Shown one piece after another: positions 30,001 through 42,829 of a stretch of DNA of 64,000 bases. Each line of letters opens with the position of its first letter. Within the stretch, counting starts at the first letter, position 1. Made by a program: the position numbers and the translations under genes. The notes under the pieces are model-generated. The model did not search any database. It saw only the letters and a program-made list of their open reading frames with translations, and was not told the origin of the DNA. Origin of the DNA: Balanoglossus misakiensis (Eukaryota; Animalia; Hemichordata); NCBI GenBank assembly GCA_040954595.2, contig CM082597.2, forward strand, positions 10,263,721 to 10,327,720, written 5' to 3'.

Positions 30001-33000
30001 CTGGCCTCATTTTCGCATCGTCTTGGAAGGGCAAATGAAAAAGGCATATCGATTATTGGTACTCCACTTATTAGACTTTCCACTGTTTGTCAACAGCGAT
30101 GCCAAGGAACTCCTGCCAGCCATCATTGATTGTCTGGATAGTAGTGCCCAGAGTGTCGTCAATGTAGCTTTACAACATCTACGCTAAACAAATCTCTTTT
30201 TTTTTTGGCCTAACTTAATATATTTGTTTATTTCAGTGCTATGAGCAATACTCCGTTGCGTTTACTGTCAGAGATGTATCTGCAACAACCCGATTTAATT
30301 CAGTGTCAGAAAAAGTGACTTGCTGGTCAAGAATGCAAACAGTGTCAGTCAGAGTGTCTCACAGGTGAGAGATTTTTTTCTTTTTTTTTACACACGGGTT
30401 AGACGTGGGCATTGCAGAGAGGGCAGCACCAATTTCATAAATGTACGTAGCAGTAAATACAGACTGCCTTTGCTTCCTTCCATATTTCATGCACACCGTG
30501 TAAGTAGACTTTACCTAATTTTGTCCCTTCTTTTCACCCAATTTACTGTCTTTTCCTGATCTCCAACACAGACTATGGTTGCCACCATCTTGTCTGTTGT
30601 TAGGACAGCACACTGCCTTATTGTGTTGACTGTGTGCAGTTTTTGTAACCAGAGCCTCTAACCCAAACTATTATGCAGTTGTTACATATGATGCAAGTTG
30701 CCCATAAAATTACCTAACAATAAAATGTGGCTGTCGAACATTGGTCCCAACAATAATGACAAACACAATACGATAGAATTTTTACTCAATGACTTTCTGG
30801 CCTCATTTTCGCATCGTCTTGGACGGGCAAATGAAAAAGGCATATCGATTATTGGTACTCCACTTATTAGACTTTCCACTGTTTGTCAACAGCACTGCCA
30901 AGGAACTCCTGCCAGCCATCATTGATTGTCTGGATAGTAGTGCCCAGAGTGTCGTCAATGTAGCTTTACAACATCTACGCTAAACAAATCTCTTTTTTTT
31001 TTGGCCTAACTTAATATATTTGTTTATTTCAGTGCTATGAGCAATACTCCGTTGCGTTTACTGTCAGAGATGTATCTGCAACAACCCGATTTAATTCAGA
31101 GTGTCAGAAAAAGTGACTTGCTGGTCAAGAATGCAAACAGTGTCAGTCAGAGTGTCTCACAGGTGAGAGATTTTTTTCTTTTTTTTTACACACGGGTTAG
31201 ACGTGGGCATTGCAGAGAGGGCAGCACCAATTTCATAAATGTACGTAGCAGTAAATACAGACTGCCTTTGCTTCCTTCCATATTTCATGCACACCGTGTA
31301 AGTAGACTTTACCTAATTTTGTCCCTTCTTTTCACCCAATTTACTGTCTTTTCCTGATCTCCAACACAGACTATGGTTGCCACCATCTTGTCTGTTGTTA
31401 GGACAGCACACTGCCTTATTGTGTTGACTGTGTGCAGTTTTTGTAACCAGAGCCTCTAACCCAAACTATTATGCAGTTGTTACATATGATGCAAGTTGCC
31501 CATAAAATTACCTAACAATAAAATGTGGCTGTCGAACATTGGTCCCAACAATAACGACAAACACAATACGATAGAATTTTTACTCAATGACTTTCTGGCC
31601 TCATTTTCGCATCGTCCGGGAAGGGCAAATGAAAAAGGCATATCGATTATTGGTACTCCACTTATTAGACTTTCCACTGTTTGTCAACAGCACTGCCAAG
31701 GAACTCCTGCCAGCCATCATTGATTGTCTGGATAGTAGTGCCCAGAGTGTCGTCAATGTAGCTTTACAACATCTACGCTAAACAAATCTCTTTTTTTTTT
31801 GGCCTAACTTAATATATTTGTTTATTTCAGTGCTATGAGCAATACTCCGTTGCGTTTACTGTCAGAGATGTATCTGCAACAACCCGATTTAATTCAGAGT
31901 GTCAGAAAAAGTGACTTGCTGGTCAAGAATGCAAACAGTGTCAGTCAGAGTGTCTCACAGGTGAGAGATTTTTTTCTTTTTTTTTTACACACGGGTTAGA
32001 CGTGGGCATTGCAGAGAGGGCAGCACCAATTTCATAAATGTACGTAGCAGTAAATACAGACTGCCTTTGCTTCCTTCCATATTTCATGCACACCGTGTAA
32101 GTAGACTTTACCTAATTTTGTCCCTTCTTTTCACCCAATTTACTGTCTTTTCCTGATCTCCAACACAGACTATGGTTGCCACCATCTTGTCTGTTGTTAG
32201 GACAGCACACTGCCTTATTGTGTTGACTGTGTGCAGTTTTTGTAACCAGAGCCTCTAACCCAAACTATTATGCAGTTGTTACATATGATGCAAGTTGCCC
32301 ATAAAATTACCTAACAATAAAATGTGGCTGTCGAACATTGGTCCCAACAATAACGACAAACACAATACGATAGAATTTTTACTCAATGACTTTCTGGCCT
32401 CATTTTCGCATCGTCTTGGAAGGGCAAATGAAAAAGGCATATCGATTATTGGTACTCCACTTATTAGACTTTCCACTGTTTGTCAACAGCACTGCCAAGG
32501 AACTCCTGCCAGCCATCATTGATTGTCTGGATAGTAGTGCCCAGAGTGTCGTCAATGTAGCTTTACAACATCTACGCTAAACAAATCTCTTTTTTTTTGC
32601 TTAACTTAATATATTTGTTTATTTCAGTGCTATGAGCAATACTCCGTTGTGTTTACTGTCAGAGATGTATCTGCAACAACCCTATTTAATTCAGAGTGTC
32701 AGAAAAAGTGACTTGCTGGTCAAGAATGCAAACAGTGTCAGTCAGAGTGTCTCACAGGTGAGAGATTTTTTCTTTTTTTTAACACACGGGTTAGACGTGG
32801 GCATTGCAGAGAGGGCAGCACCAATTTCATAAATGTACGTAGCAGTAAATACAGACTGCCTTTGCTTCCTTCCATATTTCATGCACACCGTGTAAGTAGA
32901 CTTTACCTAATTTTGTCCCTTCTTTTCACCCAATTTACTGTCTTTTCCTGATCTCCAACACAGACTATGGTTGCCACCATCTTGTCTGTTGTTAGGACAG

Positions 33001-33847
33001 CACACTGCCTTATTGTGTTGACTGTGTGCAGTTTTTGTAACCAGAGCCTCTAACCCAAACTATTATGCAGTTGTTACATATGATGCAAGTTGCCCATAAA
33101 ATTACCTAACAATAAAATGTGGCTGTCGAACATTGGTCCCAACAATAACGACAAACACAATACGATAGAATTTTTACTCAATGACTTTCTGGCCTCATTT
33201 TCGCATCGTCTTGGAAGGGCAAATGAAAAAGGCATATCGATTATTGGTACTCCACTTATTAGACTTTCCACTGTTTGTCAACAGCGATGCCAAGGAACTC
33301 CTGCCAGCCATCATTGATTGTCTGGATAGTAGTGCCCAGAGTGTCGTCAATGTAGCTTTACAACATCTACGCTAAACAAATCTCTTTTTTTTTTGGCCTA
33401 ACTTAATATATTTGTTTATTTCAGTGCTATGAGCAATACTCCGTTGCGTTTACTGTCAGAGATGTATCTGCAACAACCCGATTTAATTCAGTGTCAGAAA
33501 AAGTGACTTGCTGGTCAAGAATGCAAACAGTGTCAGTCAGAGTGTCTCACAGGTGAGAGATTTTTTTCTTTTTTTTTACACACGGGTTAGACGTGGGCAT
33601 TGCAGAGAGGGCAGCACCAATTTCATAAATGTACGTAGCAGTAAATACAGACTGCCTTTGCTTCCTTCCATATTTCATGCACACCGTGTAAGTAGACTTT
33701 ACCTAATTTTGTCCCTTCTTTTCACCCAATTTACTGTCTTTTCCTGATCTCCAACACAGACTATGGTTGCCACCATCTTGTCTGTTGTTAGGACAGCACA
33801 CTGCCTTATTGTGTTGACTGTGTGCAGTTTTTGTAACAAGAGCCTCT
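1..33847. repeat. Subtelomeric tandem array of a ~797-bp monomer, ~42.5 copies in the window (array probably continues left of it)
   Basis: The same sequence recurs every 795-799 bp: the MPIKLPNNK... ORF starts at 405, 1201, 1997 ... 33090 (42 copies). Copies differ mainly in two poly-T tract lengths and rare SNPs. The array ends at ...GTAACAAGAGCCTCT (33847). Confidence 0.99.
739..868 (+). pseudogene. Exon-like 130-bp segment in each 797-bp monomer (first full copy shown); possible captured, decayed exon
   Basis: Preceded by poly-T, a branch-point-like CTAAC and TTTGTTTATTTCAG (acceptor); followed by CAG|GTGAGA (donor). One frame is open (AMSNTPLR...SVSQ); two others are Cys-rich but interrupted. 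No recognisable homology. Confidence 0.3.
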
Positions 33848-35369
33848 TGTTTTACACATGCGGGTAAGACTATTGTCACCCTTTAAGTGTCTTGGTTGAT
33901 ATTGTTTCAGTTCGATGTGTTGACCCACAGTTTATTGTTGACGTTGGCCGCAACAAAAGCTAGACGCTATCTTAAGTGTCAGTTAAAGTCGCTTTATAAA
34001 AAAAAACCCAGCACAGCCAACATTATTGAGCCCACTTGGCAACCAATCACACCAAAGTATTGCAAGCTGGACATCTATGCAAGAATTCACCAAAGGTTAT
34101 CATTCCTGGATTTGACTTGCAACAGTTGTTCGATAGTTAGCCAATTTTCACTGTAACATGTCACTTGTGGTCAGTCTTGACTGGTGTAGCATGCTGGCCT
34201 GGTATGCCTTACCCATTCCAGACACCTGGTACCACTACTTAGCAGTGGTTCAAGATGATCCTGTTGACATTATCATTCTTATCATATCATATGAGTACAA
34301 TGTATTTGTGTTTATGTGTATGCATCGTGTATGCCTATCCGGATACTCATTTAAATGGACCACCATGTTGTACCATACTGTTGAAAAAGGCAACAACATG
34401 TATTGGAGCTTTAGTAATAATGGAAATACATGTAATGTGGAACAATTCTTCCTTTTTGAATACTGATTTCCGCTTACTCCATGTTTACATAATGATCTGT
34501 GTAACTACTACCCTGACCTGTCCATATTGAAGGCCCTAGTTGCCAGCGTCGCACTGCCCAGCAGAAGTGCCAAGGATACCCAGGCCAATTTTTCTATGAC
34601 AACCCAGGTCTCAAGGGGGTCAAGCATGGTTGCATTCAATGGTATGGCCTCCTCATCGACCTCGGCCCACTGGTCAAAGTAGGACGTCACACCACTCAAA
34701 ATGAAACTGTGTTCCGACAGTAGTCATGAAGGTGAATTTTTCATTCCTTATTTTCGCAGAACATGTATTTAATGCACTTGTCACTATTGCAAAAAGTAAG
34801 CTTTCACAAAATTTATGTCCAAATGTGCAAACATAAGTCTACCACAGGGCGCCCTACATGTCATCTGATAATTCTATGGAGATTCAACCTCATTGCTGGA
34901 TATGCCATGGGCACTCAAGTGAAAAAGTTTGTAAAGGCTGCCGACAAGCACTATTACATACTCAACCCAGTCTATTGTCTCATAATATTGGGAAAATAGC
35001 TCATACAAACGTAAATGGTTGACACCAAAGACGGACCACAACAAAATCGACCTCGCTATGGACTGAAAGCTTACCTTAGCTCAGTTCTTTGTCGATGTAT
35101 TAATATTTTACATGCATATATGTATTTGTTTCAGCTGGCGTAAATCATCGCTGTTCTCAACGCCTATTGTAAGACCTATATCCGCAATCGCTGCCGAACC
35201 GAAGTCTTCTTCTCGATTAATTACAAAGTTCTTCCCCGTCAAACACCGTATATACTGGTACACAGTCAATTTGCCTACATCTCAGTTTTCACCAACGACC
35301 GCGAGGTTTTGCACTGTGCGCGTCACCTGCAATGAGCCAGCCACACCATCAAGGACGGTATACATTGAT
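33848..35369. other. Single-copy spacer between the two arrays, with two more GC/CpG-rich patches (~34500-34730 and ~35135-35360)
   Basis: Not repeated elsewhere in the window; short ORFs have no recognisable domains. Confidence 0.6.
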
Positions 35370-38300
35370 CATTTCTTAGAAAATATAATAAAAACAACCA
35401 TTTTTTGGGTTCGAAAAGGGCAAATATTGTTTACACTTAGTGAAGCTTCAATGTACAATTTCTTCTTTTTGAGTTTACTAAAATTGGTGCTCATTGCGCC
35501 CATTTTACCTAGTGTGTGTACGTGTGGTTCATTTAATATGAGGAATAGCACTCAAATCAAATTTAAATAAATCAAATTCAATTCAATCAAAATAAAATCA
35601 CATCAGATATATAATAATGATCTTACCAAAGTAACATATTTATGACAATTGTGCAATAATTCTTTGAAAGAATTACTTAAACCGTTATTTTGCCACAAAA
35701 AGAGTTCAATAAGTTATTAACTCAATCTTTGTTCCAGATCGAATGATTTTAAAGAAAATGATTTAATGAGCAATTTAAATTTAAAAACACTCTAATTATG
35801 GCGTAAAAAAACACTGCAGGCTAATCAGCCTACATTGTTTATCACTTTTCTGACAATTTGAAAAAAACGCTTTAATTCTTTACTAAAATCATTTAATGCA
35901 TGTTCAAATCGATGTTATATTAACATTGCATATTTCGAAAGAAAATTAATTAACAAGCAAATCTAACATAAATGCACCCCTCTTTCGGCATTGAAACACT
36001 GTTTTTATCATTCTAAATTCTTTCTTCGAAAATATAATAAAAACAACCAATTTTTTGGGTGCGAAAAGGCACCTACAAACGCCAAGAATTGTTACACTTA
36101 GTGAAACTTCAATGTACAATTTTTTCTTTTTGAGTTTATTAAATTGTGCTCATTGCGCCCATTTCACCTAATATGAGGAATAGCACACAAATCAAATTTA
36201 AATAAATCAAATTCAATTCAATCAAAATAAAATAAAATCACATCAGATATATAATAAAGATCTTATCAAAGTAGCATATTTATGACGATTTTGCAATTAT
36301 TCTTTGAAATAATTACTTAAACCATTATTTTGCCACGAAAAGTGTTTAATATGTTATTAACTCAATCTTTGTTCCAGATCGAAAGTTTTTAAAGAAAATG
36401 ATTAAATGAGCAATTTAAATTTAAAAACACTCTAATTATGGCTTCGAAAACTCTATAGGACCATTATAAGTCCCTTTCCTGAAAATTTGAATAAATAGCT
36501 TTATTTCTTTACTAAACACGTTTTATGCATGTTCCAATCGATGTTATATTGAAATTGCATATTTCGAAAGAAAATTAATTAACAAGCAATTCTAACATAA
36601 ATGCACCCCTCTTTCGGCTTTGAAACACTATTTAATCATTCTAAATCCTGTCTTCGAAAATATAATAAAAACAACCAATTTTTGGGTTCGAAAAGGCACC
36701 TACAAACGCCAAGAATTGTTACACTTAGTGAAACTTCAATGTACAATTTTTTCTTTTTGAGTTTATTAAATTGTGTGCTCATTGCGCCCATATCACCTAA
36801 TATGAGGAATAGCACACAAATCAAATTTAAATAAATCAAATTCAATTCAATCAAAATAAAATAAAATCACATCAGATATATAATAAAGATCTTATCAAAG
36901 TAACATATTTATGACAATTTTGCAATTATTCTTTGAAATAATTACTTAAACCATTATTTTGCCACGAAAAGAGTTTAATATGTTATTAACTCAATCTTTG
37001 TTCCAGATCGAAAGTTTTTAAAGAAAATGATTAAATGAGCAATTTAAATTTAAAAACACTCTAATTATGGCTTCGAAAACTCTATAGGACCATTATAAGT
37101 CCCTTTCCTGAAAATTTGAATAAATAGCTTTATTTCTTTACTAAACACGTTTTATGCATGTTCCAATCGATGTTATATTGAAATTGCATATTTCGAAAGA
37201 AAATTAATTAACAAGCAATTCTAACATAAATGCACCCCTCTTTCGGCTTTGAAACACTATTTAATCATTCTAAATCCTGTCTTCGAAAATATAATAAAAA
37301 CAACCAATTTTTGGGTTCGAAAAGGCACCTACAAACGCCAAGAATTGTTACACTTAGTGAAACTTCAATGTACAATTTTTTCTTTTTGAGTTTATTAAAT
37401 TGTGTGCTCATTGCGCCCATTTCACCTAATATGAGGAATAGCACACAAATCAAATTTAAATAAATCAAATTCAATTCAATCAAAATAAAATAAAATCACA
37501 TCAGATATATAATAAAGATCTTATCAAAGTAACATATTTATGACGATTTTGCACTTATTCTTTGAAATAATTACTTAAACCATTTTTTTGCCACGAAAAG
37601 AGTTCAATATGTTATTAACTCAATCTTTGTTCCAGATCAAATGTTTTTAAAGAAAATGATTAAATGAGCAATTTAAATTTAAAAACACTCTAATTATGGG
37701 TTCGAAAACTCTATAGGATCATTATAAGTCCCTTTTCTGAAAATTTGAATAAATAGCTTTATTTCTTTACTAAACACGTTTTATGCATGTTCAAATCGAT
37801 GTTATATTGAAATTGCATATTTCGAAAGAAAATTTTTTAACAAGCAATTCTAACATAAATGCACCCCTCTTTCGGCTTTGAAACACTATTTAATCATTCT
37901 AAATCCTGTCTTCGAAAATATAATAAAAACAACCAATTTTTGGGTTCGAAAAGGCACCTACAAACGCCAAGAATTGTTACACTTAGTGAAACTTCAATGT
38001 ACAATTTTTTCTTTTTGAGTTTATTAAATTGTGTGCTCATTGCGCCCATTTCACCTAATATGAGGAATAGCACACAAATCAAATTTAAATAAATCAAATT
38101 CAATTCAATCAAAATAAAATAAAATCACATCAGAAATATAATAAAGATCTTATCAAAGTAACATATTTATGACAATTTTGCAATTATTCTTTGAAATAAT
38201 TACTTAAACCATTTTTTTGCCACGAAAAGAGTTCAATATGTTATTAACTCAATCTTTGTTCCAGATCGAATGTTTTTAAAGAAAATGATTAAATGAGCAA

Positions 38301-39720
38301 TTTAAATTTAAAAACACTCTAATTATGGGTTCGAAAACTCTATAGGATCATTATAAGTCCCTTTTCTGAAAATTTGAATAAATAGCTTTATTTCTTTACT
38401 AAACACGTTTTATGCATGTTCAAATCGATGTTATATTGAAATTGCATATTTCGAAAGAAAATTTTTTAACAAGCAATTCTAACATAAATGCACCCCTCTT
38501 TCGGCTTTGAAACACTATTTAATCATTCTAAATCCTGTCTTCGAAAATATAATAAAAACAACCATTTTTGGGGTTCGAAAAGGCACCTACAAACGCCAAG
38601 AATTTTTACACTTAGTGAAGCTGCAATGTACAATTTCTTCTTTTTGAGTTATTAAAATGTGTACTCATTGCGCCCATTTCACCTAATATGAGGAATAGCA
38701 CAAAAATCAAATTTAAATAAATTAAATTCAATTCAATCAAAATAAAATAAAATCACATCAGATATATAATAAAGATCTTATCAAAGTAACATATTTATGA
38801 CGATTTTGCAATTATTCTTTGAAATAATTACTTAAACCATTATTTTGCCACGAAAAGAGTTCAATATGTTATTAACTCAATCTTTGTTCCAGATCAAATG
38901 TTTTTAAAGAAAATGATTAAATGAGCAATTTAAATTTAAAAACACTCTAATTATGGGTTCGAAAACTCTATAGGATCATTATAAGTCCCTTTTCTGAAAA
39001 TTTGAATAAATAGCTTTATTTCTTTACTAAACACGTTTTATGCATGTTCAAATCGATGTTATATTGAAATTGCATATTTCGAAAGAAAATTATTTAACAA
39101 GCAATTCTAACATAAATGCACCCCTCTTTCGGCTTTGAAACACTATTTAATCATTCTAAATCCTGTCTTCGAAAATATAATAAAAACAACCATTTTTGGG
39201 GTTCGAAAAGGCACCTACAAACGCCAAGAATTTTTACACTTAGTGAAGCTTCAATGTTCAATTTCTTCTTTTTGAGTTTATTAAAATGTGTGCTCATTGC
39301 GCCCATTTCACCTAATATGAGGAATAGCACACAAATCAAATTTAAATAAATCAAATTCAATTAAATCAAAATAAAATTACATCAGATATATAATAAAGAT
39401 CTTGTCAAAGTAACATATTTATGACGATTTTGCAATAATTCTTTGAAAGAATTACTTAAACCATTATTTTGCCACGAAAAGAGTTCAATAAGTTTTTAAC
39501 TCAATCTTTCAAAATTTGAATAAAACGCTTTATTTCTTTACTAAAAACGTTTTATGCATGTTCAAATCGATGTTATATTTATAAGGCTTATTTCGAACGA
39601 AAATGAATTTACAAGCAATTCTAACACAACTGCACCCTCATTAGGCTTAGAGACACTATTTAATCATTCTAAATCCTTTCTTCGAAAATATAATAAAAAC
39701 AACCTTTTTTTGGGCTCGAA
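35370..39720. repeat. AT-rich tandem repeat, 629-bp monomer, ~7 copies (edge copies diverged or partial)
   Basis: The landmark ATGCACCCC recurs near 35972, 36601, 37230, 37859, 38488 and 39116, with a diverged, internally deleted copy near 39630. ORF-track duplicates are offset by 629 bp. Confidence 0.95.
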
Positions 39721-41620
39721 AACTGTTCAATACGATATTATAAAGATGTTTGTTCCATATCACATTCCATATCATATACGTCCACAAAAACTGTTCAAAA
39801 TGATTATTTTCTTATATCGCACGTTTTTTGATAAAAATTAATTAGTAATGATTTCAAACTCAAAAACATTCTTATTTTGGCTTATAAACATTCTAAAATC
39901 CTTTTAAAATTTTTCTCTCGATTCAAGGCTTATAAACACTTATTAATCAATCTAAAACATTTCTTTGGCACGAAAACTTTTCAATACGACATAAAATGAT
40001 GCATGTTCCATATTGCGTTTTTTATATTAAAAAAGACTATAAACATTTCAAATTTAAAAACATTCTAATTTAGGCTTTAAACACTGAAGGATTATGTAAA
40101 ATCGATTTTATATTAATTTGCGCATTTTGAAGTAATTTATTTATTAAGCGATTTTCTGCGAATACAAATCGATTTTAGGCTTAACAACACTTTGTTATCA
40201 TTCAAACTGTTCAATACGATATTAAAATGATGTTTGTTCCATATCGCATGTTTATAATAAATAGTATTTTTAATTTAAAAGCACTCTACTTAAGGCATAA
40301 AAATCGATGTTATAATGGTATTGCGTATCTTAAATAAAATTTATTTAATAAGCGTTTTCAATATGAATACACATCGATTTCAGGCTTAAACACTTTTTAT
40401 AATCTATATTTATCTTTGATAATAATAATAAAACACCCATATTTTGGGCACGAAAACTTTTCATGAAAATTTTTATATAATATTCATTTTTTCCCACGAA
40501 AAGTGTTATATAAGACACGAAGTCGATGTTACACTCGAATTGCGTATTTTGAATGTAAATGATTAAAAAAGCAATTGTAGCGTATATGCTATCTGATTTA
40601 AGGTTTTTCGACACTTTGAAATTGTTCTAAATTTAATATAAAACCAACCTTCATTTGGGCACTAGACTGTTCAAAGTTCGATATTTGTTCCATATCTCAT
40701 AATTTTCATAACATGATTTAACAATTGTTTCAAACCCAAACATCCTTTTAAAATGTTTCTCTGAAAATATAAATTTTCATGATTTGGCTAAAAAAGGTCT
40801 TTATTACGATAAAAAAAATCAATGTTTTATTCACATTGCATGGTTTGAAATAAAATAATTTAATAATTGATAAATACACTGATTGAATGCTTTTTAATGC
40901 TTTTTATCATTCTAAAACATTTCTTTTAAAGTATTTCCCAAAACGATATTAAAAACGATTCAATTAGCATTACATTTTTAAAAACTTATTTGGGGTTAAA
41001 ACACTGTTAGCTCATTATACAATGCCTTTTTTAGAATTTTAATTAAAATGCATTTTTTTAGTATGAAAAATGTTTTTTACGGTATAAAATCGATGTTATA
41101 ATAACATTGCCTTTTTAAAATAAAAAGTGATTTAATAAGCGATCTTATATTAGAACACACCGATTTAAGGTTTAACACACTTTCTTTGATGATATTGATC
41201 ATTATAAAACCTTTCATTGAAAATTATATCTGAAACTTATTTTTTTAAGAAAAATGTTTAATTCGATGTAAAATTGATGTTATATTCACATTGCCTTTTT
41301 TGACCGAAAAATAATTTAAGCAGCAATTCTTATAAAAATACTCCGGACTATAGGCTATGAAACGCTTTTTAATAATTCTAAAACTATCATTAAAAGTATT
41401 ACTAAAACCCAATATTTTGGAACGAAAACTGCTCAATTCAACATCAAAACGTTGTTTGTTCCTTATTGCACTTTTATATTAAAAACGATTCCATAAGCAT
41501 TTAAACTTTACAAGCAATCTAATTTATCAATTAATACAATGTTAGTTTATCATAAATACCCCTTTGAAAATAGTATATAAATTGCAATATTTTGGTCCGA
41601 AGTTTAATACAGTATTAAAT
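39721..41620. repeat. Degenerate AT-rich satellite related to sub-motifs of the 629-bp monomer
   Basis: Recurring motifs AATCGATGTTATA...ATTGC, TTGG(G)CACGAAAACT, AAACACT and TCATTCTAAA are shared with the 629-bp unit but lack a strict period. Confidence 0.7.
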
Positions 41621-42791
41621 CAACTCTTACCCTTGACCCTTGAATCCTAACCCTTCACCCTTGAACTCTAACATGAATCTTGAATTCTTACAGTTGAACC
41701 TTTGACCCTTAAATTGTATCCCTTGACCCTTGAACTTTATCATTTGACCCTTGAAATCTAATCTTTGGCCACTGATCCTTTGTCCTTTTATCCTTGACCA
41801 TTGACTTCTGAACCCATGTTCCTTTATCTCAAACTCTTGAACTCTAACCCTTGACCTTTGAACCATCAACTCTAACCAATGACATTTGACCCCTTGACTT
41901 TAACTCCAACTTTTGACTATTGAACGTTAACCCTTGAACGTTGACCCTTGACCCCTTGATCTTTGATCTCTAAATCTTGAACTCTAACCCTTGACCTTTG
42001 ACCCTTTGACCCCTTGATCCATGATCTCCAACTCTTGAACTCTAACCGTTGACATTTGAACCTTCTACTCTAACCATTGACCTTTGAACCTTCAACTCTA
42101 ACCCTTGACCCTTCACCTCTTGACATTAACTCCAACTTTTGACTTTTGAACTCTAACCCTTGACCTTTGACCCTTGACCTTTGACCCTTGAAATCTAACC
42201 TTTGACCCTTTGACCCCTTGATCCTTGATCTCCAATTCTTGAACTCTAACCCTTGACTCTTGACCTCTTGACCTTAACTCCAACGTTTGACTTTTGAAAT
42301 CTAACCCTTGACCTTTGACCCTTGACCTTTGACCCATGAAATCTAACTTTTGACCCTTGACACTTTGACCGCTTGATCCTAGATTTCCAACTCTTGAACT
42401 CTAACCCTTGACCTATGAACCTTCAACTCTAACCCTTGACCTTTGAACCTTCAACTCTAACCCTTGACTCTTGACCTCTTGACCTAAACTCCAACTTTTG
42501 ACGTTTGACGTCTAACCCTTGAATTTTGACCCTTGACCTTTGACCCTTGAAATCTAACCTTTGACCCTTTGACCCCTTGACCCTTGATCTCCATCTCTTG
42601 AACTCTAACCCTTGACCTTTGAACCTTCAACTCTAACCCTTGACCTCTTGACCTTAACTCAAACCTTTGACTTTTTAACTCTAACCATTGACCTTTGATC
42701 CTTGACCTATGACCCTTGAAATCTAACATTTGACCCTTGACCCTTTGACCCCTTGATCCTTGATCTCCAATTCTTGAACTCTAACCCTTGA

Positions 42792-42829
42792 CCTAACCCT
42801 AACCCTAACCCTAACCCCCTAACCCTAAC
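42792..42829 (-). repeat. Short interstitial (CCCTAA)n tract, inverted relative to the telomere (copy 1)
   Basis: CCTAACCCTAACCCTAACCCTAACCCCCTAACCCTAAC read directly. Confidence 0.9.

Noticed and set aside
389-33747. Recurrent 64-106-aa ORFs (MPIKLP..., MTFWPH..., MESLIS..., MSNTPL...) as a tandem gene family
   Set aside because: They are short, overlap in several frames, often have non-ATG starts, are freely frameshifted by poly-T length changes and show no recognisable domain. Recurrence only reflects the DNA repeat.
1-33847. 797-bp array as a 5S rRNA, tRNA, snRNA, spliced-leader or histone gene cluster
   Set aside because: The unit size is compatible, but I could not recognise 5S, tRNA, U-snRNA or histone sequence. 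An Rfam/Infernal search would be needed to exclude a divergent small RNA.
34595-34640. ATMLDP resembling the hAT transposase 'A..LDPR' motif
   Set aside because: The match is too short, lacks the following Arg and has no supporting flanking similarity.
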